A stretch of 16,433 bases of DNA from positions 1-16,433 of the forward strand of contig JANMKN010000142.1 in NCBI GenBank assembly GCA_031372065.1. The letters are read 5' to 3'. The notes under the pieces are model-generated. The model saw only the letters and a list, made by a program, of their open reading frames with translations, was not told the origin of the DNA and ran no database searches. This document shows positions 1 through 7,907 of the stretch, one piece after another. The stretch is from Abditibacteriaceae bacterium. GTDB taxonomy: Bacteria; Armatimonadota; Abditibacteriia; Abditibacteriales; Abditibacteriaceae. Made by a program: the position numbers and the translations under genes. Position 1 is the stretch's first letter. The number at the start of each line of letters is the position of its first letter.

Positions 1-142
1 GCTCCCTAATTGGGCGTCCCCCTAAAAAACCGCCAACAAAACCGTCGCCCCCCAAAAACCAACGCGGCGCGATTTTTAAATAAAACCCGCGCCCCGCTTT
101 TCACGCTTCGTTTACTCCTGCTTCGTTTATGCCAACGAAGAG

Positions 143-180
143 GTGTCTATGATAGGCGATTATTCGCCTATTATAGACAC
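143..180. other. 17-bp inverted repeat (hairpin/operator-like), contains TATAAT on minus strand
   Basis: gtgtctatgataggcga (143-159) - ttat - tcgcctattatagacac (164-180), one mismatch; lies downstream of cdaR. Confidence 0.6.
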
Positions 181-311
181 ATCAGGACACCATCACCTCA
201 GGGCACAATCGCCTCAGCCGCGCTTGGCTATGGTGAGCTATGTGCGACAAAATCCTTCGAGCTTTGCATCCGGTTCCGCCATTGCACCCTTTTCGTTATA
301 AATCTCATGGA

Positions 312-1391
312 TCACAGACTCTTGGGCGTAAAGGGCGCTGGTAAAGCCGCAGTAGCAGTCGGTTGTGGCGTAGGTTGCAGGGTCGGCGTTTCTTGCTGCG
401 GCACGATTTGCACCGTCGCGGTAACATCGCTTTTTTCGGCTAACGAGATGCCTGCGGGCAAATCCAGTTTTACGGCGCGTTGCAAAGGCACTTTCTCGTC
501 GGCAATGGCAAGGTGCGCGGTAATTGCTGTGAGTTTTTTCAAAGCCGCCCGCGTGCCACGCACGGCAACTGTAGATTGGGACAATTCTTGCTTTTCAACT
601 TTAAAGCCATTGGCTGGAGCGCCCTCTAATTTGAGCGAAAGCGGCACTTGTTTTTGCCCGTTTTTCTCGCGCAGCATTGCGGAAACGGCTACAGCTTCGG
701 GCGAAATGCGCACATCTTCTAAAACGCGACCCGCTTTATCTACAGCTTCGAGCGACGCGGCTTTAATGGAAAGTTCACCGGCCAATTGATCGGGTGTTTT
801 GATGCCTGCCCGAACGTGAGCCACACGCCCAATGGAATCCGCGGGGCCATAAACGCGGGCTTGACGCGGCACCATCACGACGTTTTCGATCATGTAATTT
901 TGCGCGGCATCGCCCAGAAATTGTGGCTCGATTTTAAATTCCGCACTGGCGGCAGGCGCAAATTCCAAGGTGATAATGTCCGGCTTGGGCGTGACATCTT
1001 CTTTTATATCTTCAAAATCTTCCAGCGTCGAAACGATTTTCACTGGCACGGCCTGCTTACCCGCTTTGACCAGCGAAAAATCCAGAGTCGCTTTCATCTG
1101 CGATTCCGGCAGCATCGGCGCTTCCTCGGCGGGCGCCAAAGGGTTGGGCGGAATCACGCCTTTGATTTCGCGCAATCGCAGGCGCGGCGCTTTGATTTGC
1201 ACCTTGACGAAAGTCGGAATTTCCTTGGAACTCATTAACATCAAGTTCGCAGGCGGCAGTGGCGCCACCAACTTGACGCGAAAGGTCGCATCTTCCCACG
1301 GATTCACCTCGCCGCGAACGTGTCCCCACAAAGCGATGGCGATGACTAACGATGTCAGTTTCAAATTCCAGTTGTTGAGTAAGCGAGACAT
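312..1391 (-). CDS. cdaR: YbbR-domain protein, CdaR-like regulator of diadenylate cyclase
   Basis: N-terminal NNWNLKLTSLVIAIALWGHV TM segment typical of YbbR/CdaR, repeated beta-rich units (P..V.V.GP, V.VRG), directly downstream of cdaA. ATG at 1391 preferred over GTG at 1499, whose extension is only translated repeat. Confidence 0.8.
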   Translation of the reverse strand: MSRLLNNWNLKLTSLVIAIALWGHVRGEVNPWEDATFRVKLVAPLPPANLMLMSSKEIPTFVKVQIKAPRLRLREIKGVIPPNPLAPAEEAPMLPESQMKATLDFSLVKAGKQAVPVKIVSTLEDFEDIKEDVTPKPDIITLEFAPAASAEFKIEPQFLGDAAQNYMIENVVMVPRQARVYGPADSIGRVAHVRAGIKTPDQLAGELSIKAASLEAVDKAGRVLEDVRISPEAVAVSAMLREKNGQKQVPLSLKLEGAPANGFKVEKQELSQSTVAVRGTRAALKKLTAITAHLAIADEKVPLQRAVKLDLPAGISLAEKSDVTATVQIVPQQETPTLQPTPQPTATAALPAPFTPKSL

Positions 1392-1392
1392 T

Positions 1393-1462
1393 TCGGTGGT
1401 CGGTGGTCGGTGGTCGGTGGTCGGTGGTCGGTGGTCGGTGGTCGGTGGTCGGTGGTCGGTGG
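1393..1462. repeat. Perfect tandem heptamer repeat (TCGGTGG)x10, followed by a degenerate complementary heptamer arm (about 1471-1500)
   Basis: 10 exact copies counted at 1393-1462; ctgatca-ccgaaca-ctgctca-ctgacca follows. Confidence 0.95.
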
Positions 1463-1502
1463 CGGCATTGCTGATCACCGAACACTGCTCACTGACCACT
1501 GT

Positions 1503-2441
1503 TTAATGCTTTTTCCACGCGGCTTTTAAGGTTCCAATGGCCGTATCGGGAATGCGACGGGCGACGTGTCCGGCGGCGCGCACGCCACCGGCAACGCCGC
1601 GCGCAAACGGACGCAAACGCACCGAACCGCCCGCGCTGTCCAGCAGCGACAATAGTTCTTCGGTCAGCAAGCGCGGTTGCAAAATCGAGTTCATGCTGCC
1701 TTCGTGCGCGAGGCTGATATTGCCAGTTTCTTCGCTGACGACAATGATAATGGCATCGGTTGTTTCGCTAAGGCCTAAAGCCGCGCGGTGCCGCGTGCCC
1801 ACGGTGCGAGGCAAGGCATTATTTTGTGTCAACGGCAAAATGCAACCAGCGGCCACGAGCATCGTGCCGCGAATGACCACGCCACCATCGTGCAAAGCAG
1901 TGCCGGTTTTAAAAATTGTCAGCAATAGTTCGGCAGACAATTTGGCGTTGAGTGAAGTGCCTGTCGCCGCCACATCGTCGAGGCCGGTTTCACGTTCGAG
2001 CACCATTAAAGCGCCAATGCGATTAGCCGAGAGATTTTCAACGGCGCGGGTGATTTCGGCCACGCCGCGCGCGATTTCGACGGTGGAACTTTCCTGACCG
2101 CGCAAACCGAGAAACTCCAAACGCCCGCGCCCCAATTGGTCAAGCGCGGCGCGCAATTCGGGCTGGAATAAAACCACGACGACAACCGCCGAGGCAAAAA
2201 TGGCCTGTCGTATCATCCAATCCAGCGTGTCCATTCCCAGCCATTGCGCCGCCTTCATAATGACCAGCAAAATCGCCAGCCCTTTTAAAAGCTGCATGGC
2301 GCGCGTGCCCTGCGCGAGTTGCAGCAGATAATAAATGACCGTCGCCACCAAGAGGATGTCGAGGATGGCAACGGCATCTATCTGACGCAGTAGTTCATGC
2401 AGATGCCGAGCGATTTCGCGTTGGGATGATTGCGGAAGCAT
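1503..2441 (-). CDS. cdaA: Membrane-bound diadenylate cyclase CdaA/DacA
   Basis: N-terminal TM helices, LFQPELR(A)L, NRIGAL, LHDGG (DGA-equivalent) and GTRHRAALG, VSEETG motifs of the DAC/DisA_N domain. Confidence 0.95.
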   Translation of the reverse strand: MLPQSSQREIARHLHELLRQIDAVAILDILLVATVIYYLLQLAQGTRAMQLLKGLAILLVIMKAAQWLGMDTLDWMIRQAIFASAVVVVVLFQPELRAALDQLGRGRLEFLGLRGQESSTVEIARGVAEITRAVENLSANRIGALMVLERETGLDDVAATGTSLNAKLSAELLLTIFKTGTALHDGGVVIRGTMLVAAGCILPLTQNNALPRTVGTRHRAALGLSETTDAIIIVVSEETGNISLAHEGSMNSILQPRLLTEELLSLLDSAGGSVRLRPFARGVAGGVRAAGHVARRIPDTAIGTLKAAWKKH

Positions 2442-2448
2442 TTCTTTA

Positions 2449-2490
2449 AGTGAAAAGTGAAAAGCAGCCCGTTACTCTTCACTTTTCACT
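2449..2490. repeat. Heptamer-based inverted repeat between alr and cdaA
   Basis: agtgaaaagtgaa (2449-2461) pairs perfectly with ttcacttttcact (2478-2490); overlaps the alr stop. Confidence 0.7.
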
Positions 2491-3642
2491 GACGTATTTC
2501 CTCGGCACGCGCGTATTGATGCTGGTCAAAATTTCATACGGCGAGGTATCCAGCAAGTCAGCCAGTTCGCCACAGGTGATGCATTCGTTGCCTTGCGCGC
2601 CAAGGAGAACAACTTCATCGTCATTATAAGCCGAATCGCCGCCGATATTGACCATCGTTTGATCCATTGAAACGCGTCCAATAACAGGATAACGCTTGCC
2701 GTGAATTAAAACTTGACCTTTATTTGACAAACCGCGCCGATAGCCATCGCCGTAGCCTACAGGAATGGTCACCACACGCGTTTGCTCAGGCGCGACAAAA
2801 CTGCCATCGTAACCAACAGGCGCGCCTTGCGGCACCACTTTAAAATACACAACACGCGTTTTAAGCGATAAAACGGGCCGCAGCGCCACTGTTTTGCGCG
2901 TCTCGGCATCGGGATAGACACCATAAAGCATGATTCCGGGCCGCACCATGTCGAATATCGTGTCGGGATGCTGCAAAATCGCACCGGAGTTGGCGATGTG
3001 TCGCTTAGGCATGGGCAAACCGTGACGCGGAAAATACGCCAAGGCTTCCTCAAATCTTTGCAGTTGCAATTTTGTGAAACTTTCGTCCGCCGCGTGCGAG
3101 GCCGCAAAATGCGAAAACACGCCTTCGATATCGCAATGACGACACTTTTGCGCCGCATCAAAAAGTTGGTCGGCATTATAATGATGCACGCCGATGCGTT
3201 CCATACCGGTATCAATTTTCAAATGCACTTTGGCGCGCTTGTTCAACTGCGCCGCTGTAGATTCAATCTGTTCCAGTTTAAAAACCGAAGAGGCGGTTAT
3301 CATCAAATTCCAGTTAAGAAAGTGTTCTATTTGGTTGCCGATGATGCCGCCCAGCACCAAAACCGGCGCTTCGATTCCCGCGCGCCGCAAAGCGATGCCT
3401 TCTTCGAGAAACGCCACACCGAGGCCGTAGGCGCCCAATTCAATGAATTTCTGCGCCACAGAAATGAGGCCATGACCATAAGCGTTGGCTTTGACGGTCG
3501 CTAATATTTTGGCCTCGCCCGCTAACTGGCGCACGCACTCGAAGTTGTGCTTGAGCGCGCCGAAATCCACTTCGGCAATTGTGGGGCGCAGAGTAAATTC
3601 TTCGTCAGCGATGACAAATTGCATTCCGCTCTTAGTATTCAT
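2479..3642 (-). CDS. alr: Alanine racemase
   Basis: PLP lysine motif VKANAYGHG, HLKIDTGMERIG, HIANSG, MVRPGIMLYG, GYGDGY, GRVSMDQ; true start could be slightly downstream. Confidence 0.97.
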   Translation of the reverse strand: MNTKSGMQFVIADEEFTLRPTIAEVDFGALKHNFECVRQLAGEAKILATVKANAYGHGLISVAQKFIELGAYGLGVAFLEEGIALRRAGIEAPVLVLGGIIGNQIEHFLNWNLMITASSVFKLEQIESTAAQLNKRAKVHLKIDTGMERIGVHHYNADQLFDAAQKCRHCDIEGVFSHFAASHAADESFTKLQLQRFEEALAYFPRHGLPMPKRHIANSGAILQHPDTIFDMVRPGIMLYGVYPDAETRKTVALRPVLSLKTRVVYFKVVPQGAPVGYDGSFVAPEQTRVVTIPVGYGDGYRRGLSNKGQVLIHGKRYPVIGRVSMDQTMVNIGGDSAYNDDEVVLLGAQGNECITCGELADLLDTSPYEILTSINTRVPRKYVSEK

Positions 3643-3785
3643 TGTTGGTTATCATCATGGCGTTCAAGGAAGGCACTTTTTGATGATGACATTTACTGAT
3701 TAAGAAAAAAAGCCTGCGCGAGAAATTTTCGCACAGACTTTTTGAAAAATGCAAGAAGAAACACACAGCTTGCGACAGTATGGAA

Positions 3786-4769
3786 TTATTTTTTCTCGAA
3801 TTGCAGCGCCGCTGAATTCATGCAGTAACGCAAACCGGTGGGTTGTGGGCCATCGTCGAAAACATGACCTAAGTGTCCGCCACAGCGCGGACATTCGACT
3901 TCGGTGCGCGTCATACCATCCGAATTGTCCACTTTTTCCACCACACTGGTTTTGGTCAGCGGCGCATAAAAACTGGGCCAACCAGTGCCCGATTCAAATT
4001 TTGTTTTTGAGGGAAATAATTCTTGACCGCAACCGGCACAGCGATAAATCCCGCTTTCGTGATTGGTGAGCAATGCGCCCGTGCCTGCCGCTTCGGTGCC
4101 TTCGTGACGCAAGACGTTATACGCCATCGGCGACAGTAATTTTTTCCATTCGGCATCGGTTTTGACGACTTTGCCGTTTTTATTGGCAGGCAAAACGGCT
4201 GGGCGCGGCGCAGTTTCGTTGACTAAATCGGCGATGAGTTCCGTCATTTTCTTGTCGCCGCCTTGCAACTCGCCAACCCACTGATAGCGAATCTTGCCTT
4301 GCTTATCAATCAGGTAAACCGTCGGCCAGTATTGCTGATTCCAACGCTGCCAGTTTTTGTTCTCGCCATCAATCAAAACCGGATACGCGATATTGTTTTT
4401 CTTGATGAACGCCGCCACGTTTTTCGGGTCGCGTTCTTGTGCCAATTCGGGGGTGTGCACGCCAATGAGTTCGACGCCTTGCCGATTGAAACGCTGATAC
4501 CAACTGGCATAGGCGGGCAAATTGGCCTGACAATTGGAACAGGCGAATGTCCAAAATTCGACAATAGTGACTTTGCCTTTGCGCGATTCCAGCGTGATAG
4601 GTTTGTTGCCTTGGGTGTTGAGCCACGAGGTGCCGACCAACTCCGGCGCCGTCTTATCCATTTTTATCGGATTGGCCGAGGCTTCTGGTTTATGCCGCCA
4701 AAACGCGCCGCCCAAAAGTAGCGCGCCCAACGCGCCCGCTGTTGTCAATGTTTTCAAAGTGTTTTTCAT
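3786..4769 (-). CDS. msrB: Exported fusion: TlpA/DipZ-like thioredoxin domain + methionine-R-sulfoxide reductase MsrB
   Basis: Signal-peptide-like N-terminus; EFWTFACSNC, GVHTPE, YWPTVYLIDKQG (redoxin); C-terminal SelR domain with CAGC/CPRC Zn motifs, KFESGTGWPSF, GHLGHVFDDGP, RYCMNS. Confidence 0.92.
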   Translation of the reverse strand: MKNTLKTLTTAGALGALLLGGAFWRHKPEASANPIKMDKTAPELVGTSWLNTQGNKPITLESRKGKVTIVEFWTFACSNCQANLPAYASWYQRFNRQGVELIGVHTPELAQERDPKNVAAFIKKNNIAYPVLIDGENKNWQRWNQQYWPTVYLIDKQGKIRYQWVGELQGGDKKMTELIADLVNETAPRPAVLPANKNGKVVKTDAEWKKLLSPMAYNVLRHEGTEAAGTGALLTNHESGIYRCAGCGQELFPSKTKFESGTGWPSFYAPLTKTSVVEKVDNSDGMTRTEVECPRCGGHLGHVFDDGPQPTGLRYCMNSAALQFEKK

Positions 4770-4931
4770 GATTTTGTCTCCGTCTCATTTTCGATGGATA
4801 GCAGCGCTTTTTCAGGCGACTCATAATCCATCAACCATTCAAACACCTTGGAGGCCGAGTTTGTTCCTGCTCCCAAGCAAATTGCCTATTGCAGCGCTTT
4901 ATATAGCCGCCCCATAGGAATCCGACGCTTC

Positions 4932-7595
4932 TTAAAACGGCAATTGTGTTTTGAGCAGAAGCGCCAATGCGGGGCCGACGATTTTGAGAATGCCCTGAAA
5001 AGCTGTGCCGATTTTCTCGTAGGACTCGAAGCCTTTGGCGGCACCTTCCAGCATGGCAAGCGCGCCGCCCGCTTTTTCCTTCGATTCTTCCGCATCTGGC
5101 TCGCTGACGGCTTCTTCCAATTGTTTCACGTTTCCTGCGGCGGCGTCGCAGACATATTTGTTTGCGCCCGCCGCGCGTGCCTGCTCAATCAAAGCGCGTA
5201 GCTTTTCGATTTCCGCTTTCAACTCTGCCGGATTGTCGGCGAGTTTCTGAATGGAAACTTGGTTGTTGTTGCCGATAACGTTGCCGTCACCGTTAATTGT
5301 GATGCCGCCCGTTGTAACCGGGCCGCTGGCGTCGCCGCCGATGTGAATGCCGTCGCTCATTTTATCTCCTTGAATTAAATCCCCTGCAACATAAATTCCG
5401 GCTTGTTGTTGTTCGCGCTCTTTGCGGGCTTCGCTGCGGACGGAGCCAAGTGCGTCGCTCACCAGCACAGGAATGATTTCGCCGGGTTTGGAGCCTTCAG
5501 CAGGAAGAATGTCGAATTTTCCTTCCCACTCCAAATTCCGCAGATGGCTGTAGCGCAGTAGCGGCGCGTTGGGATGCCCCGGCACCGGAATGAATTCTTC
5601 AACTGGCAAGTCTTTAAACTGGCCGTGAATGTCGTCGAAGGTGAGGCGCACTTTGTCGAGTGCCTCGCGCTGCTTTGCGGCAGGGCCGCTGACGTTGATT
5701 TCGACTTCCTTCTTTTCCCCGTCGGCGCGCACGAGGGCGCGGCAGCCGTTGATTTCCAGCACGCAGCCGTGGCGCCACGGGCCGGGAGTTTGGCTTTGCT
5801 CCTGATGGCGCCGCACGATGAAGCGCGGCAACAGGCCGGACGGCAGCACTTCGTAGCGATACAGAAAGCGAATCGTGCCCGTCTCCGGCCAAGCGAGAGG
5901 CGGCTCTTTTTCGTCCAGCAGGCGCGGCACCAACATGGTGCGCGGGCTGTGGTCGGGCGCGTCGTAGAGCAATTCAAACTGCCGCATCATGTCTTCGATG
6001 AACTGTGGCGAACGGTCGCGGTAATCGGCGGCGCCCAGCGTGTCGGACAATTGGCGGCGTGTCATCAAACCATTACGTTGGCGCAGGGCTTCGTCGTCCA
6101 ACACTGCGTAGACGCCTTTGGTGACCCATTCTGGGTTAAGAATGCCTTGGTCGCTCATAGCCACGCCTTCCTTGTCGCAGAAATAAAGGACGGTGCCCAG
6201 TTTGTGCCACAGGTCGAGCAGCAGTTCTTGATTCTTCTCGTCGCTTTCGCCGTGACGCGTGCATAACTCGCGGTAGGCGTGCAGCGGCAGCGTTTCCGCC
6301 GTCATGCGCTCCAATTCGTCTTTGATTTTCAGCCACGAAACCGGCATCTCGCGGCGCACTTCGCTCATGGCGCCGATGCGCGACAAGATGGCTTCTTTGA
6401 GCGTGTCCAAGCCCTCTCCAGTCCAACAACTGGCGCGGATGAACTGCAAATCATGGCCGTATTTGCGCTTGAGCAGATTTTCGTCGGGGCCGTCGCCGTG
6501 CTGGTCACACTTGTTGACGACGACTAAAACCGGAGCGTCGCCGCCGAAAGAACGAGCCATTTGCAGCCAGTATTCGACGTTATTTTGTCCATCATTGGCC
6601 CGTGCATCCACTACGACAATATAAACGGCGCGCTGCGTGAGAAAGAAGGTGTGTGTGGCGTGGTAAACCTCCTGACCGCCGAAGTCCCACAGGTTGAGAC
6701 GCAATTCGCCCTCATTTTCGCCTTGCGGCCACCACTTTTCGCGCACAATGCCGCGCGTTTTGTCGAAATGGCGCTCTACCGGTCCCGCTTGGAGCGCAGC
6801 TATAAGCGAGCTTTTGCCCACCTCAGCCTCACCTACAAACAGCACTTTAGCTTCATTCAAGGTGCGAACACCACCTGTCCGCCGTTGAGCAAAAAAATAG
6901 CGCAAAATCGCGCGTGGGTCGGCAGCGACTTCAAAAATCTGGACTTTGCTAATCCTCGGCCCCAAGATTTCCGGCGGGATGCCGAGCGAGTCGTTGCTAT
7001 GGAGATAAAGCTCTCTCAGGCGAGCGGCTTCGGCCAACGCCAGCAAACTCTCCGGCAGCGTGCTGAGTTTGTTGTTTCTGGCGTCAAGTTTCCTCAACTG
7101 CGCGAGTTGTCCGATGCTTTCTGGCAGCGTAGTGAGTAAGTTAGAAAAAATAATTAGCTCGCGTAACTGTCCCAATTTTCCCAACGATTCCGGCAACGCA
7201 TTGAGCTGATTGTGAAAGATGGAAATTTGCTCTAATTGACCCATTTGGTCTATACAGTCTGGAAGTTCGCTGATTCGGTTATTATATGCAACAAGGATTC
7301 TTAATCGGGACAATTCGCAGATCGAATCTGGCAAGGCGCTGATGTGGTTGTCAGAAATATCCAACTCTTGCAATTCTTGCAAATTGCTCAGTGAACTTGA
7401 TAATTCGCCCAGTCCGTTGTGAGATAGGTTTAGCTTCTTAATATGACTCAATTGCCAGAGACTTTTCGGAATCTCAGGCAAATCTAAATAGGAAAGATCA
7501 AGTTCTTCGGAGTTTACGCCGCGAACTGTCTCTATACGGCGTTCAGCCTCTGCCAAACGCATTTCGTAACGATTTTTATTGCTTTGGAAAGGCAT
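4932..7595 (-). CDS. Roco-family protein: LRR - Roc GTPase - COR - G/N-rich motif - C-terminal helical domain
   Basis: About 7 LRRs (LxxLxxLxLxxNxLxxLP), P-loop GEAEVGKSS, WDFGGQEVYHATHTFF, NKCD, COR motifs (SWLKIK..L, LHKLG-like WHKLG, ILNPEWVT.GVY, YEVLPSGLLPRFIVR). Confidence 0.92.
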   Translation of the reverse strand: MPFQSNKNRYEMRLAEAERRIETVRGVNSEELDLSYLDLPEIPKSLWQLSHIKKLNLSHNGLGELSSSLSNLQELQELDISDNHISALPDSICELSRLRILVAYNNRISELPDCIDQMGQLEQISIFHNQLNALPESLGKLGQLRELIIFSNLLTTLPESIGQLAQLRKLDARNNKLSTLPESLLALAEAARLRELYLHSNDSLGIPPEILGPRISKVQIFEVAADPRAILRYFFAQRRTGGVRTLNEAKVLFVGEAEVGKSSLIAALQAGPVERHFDKTRGIVREKWWPQGENEGELRLNLWDFGGQEVYHATHTFFLTQRAVYIVVVDARANDGQNNVEYWLQMARSFGGDAPVLVVVNKCDQHGDGPDENLLKRKYGHDLQFIRASCWTGEGLDTLKEAILSRIGAMSEVRREMPVSWLKIKDELERMTAETLPLHAYRELCTRHGESDEKNQELLLDLWHKLGTVLYFCDKEGVAMSDQGILNPEWVTKGVYAVLDDEALRQRNGLMTRRQLSDTLGAADYRDRSPQFIEDMMRQFELLYDAPDHSPRTMLVPRLLDEKEPPLAWPETGTIRFLYRYEVLPSGLLPRFIVRRHQEQSQTPGPWRHGCVLEINGCRALVRADGEKKEVEINVSGPAAKQREALDKVRLTFDDIHGQFKDLPVEEFIPVPGHPNAPLLRYSHLRNLEWEGKFDILPAEGSKPGEIIPVLVSDALGSVRSEARKEREQQQAGIYVAGDLIQGDKMSDGIHIGGDASGPVTTGGITINGDGNVIGNNNQVSIQKLADNPAELKAEIEKLRALIEQARAAGANKYVCDAAAGNVKQLEEAVSEPDAEESKEKAGGALAMLEGAAKGFESYEKIGTAFQGILKIVGPALALLLKTQLPF

Positions 7596-7640
7596 ATCAA
7601 CAAGTATAAATCAGAACACCTTGCCCAAAAGGTTCTGACG

Positions 7641-7896
7641 TGCGTTCTCGCAGTCATTTTCTGCGCCGTCGCACCTTTTTTCTGAGTTGCCACAGTTATT
7701 TTCTGCGTTGTCGCAGCTTTTTACTGCGTTCTCGCAGTTATTTTCTGCGTCGGCGCAGCTTTTTACTGCGTTCTCGCAGTTATTTTCTCCAATGCCGCAG
7801 AAAAAAGGTGCGGCGGCGCAGTTATTTTCCGCGTGGTCGCAGATATTTTCTCCGACCTCGCAGTTATTTTCTGCGACGACGCACCTTTTTTCTGCG
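7641..7896. repeat. Tandem array of 12 x 21-bp degenerate hairpin repeats (consensus TGCG-N4-CGCAGTTATTTTC)
   Basis: Units start at 7641, 7662, 7683, 7704, 7725, 7746, 7767, 7788, 7809, 7830, 7851, 7872; CGCAG-N7-CTGCG can form a 5-bp stem in the consensus units. Confidence 0.92.
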
Positions 7897-7907
7897 AGCG
7901 AGCGGTT

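Noticed and set aside
7..104. Possible minus-strand gene start (AGGAG...GTG at 104)
   Set aside because: The frame hits TAG after about 32 codons and has no recognisable similarity.
10..789. 259-aa plus-strand ORF and the other long antisense ORFs (e.g. 5574-6266, 9027-9854)
   Set aside because: Shadow frames overlapping well-supported genes, with no recognisable motifs.
1392..1499. TTDHRPP-repeat N-terminal extension of CdaR
   Set aside because: It is the translated heptamer repeat; the family-typical N-terminus starts at ATG 1391. Kept only as a hypothesis in findings.
7641..7896. CRISPR array
   Set aside because: Variable parts are only 4 nt, the period is 21 bp, and there are no cas genes in the window.
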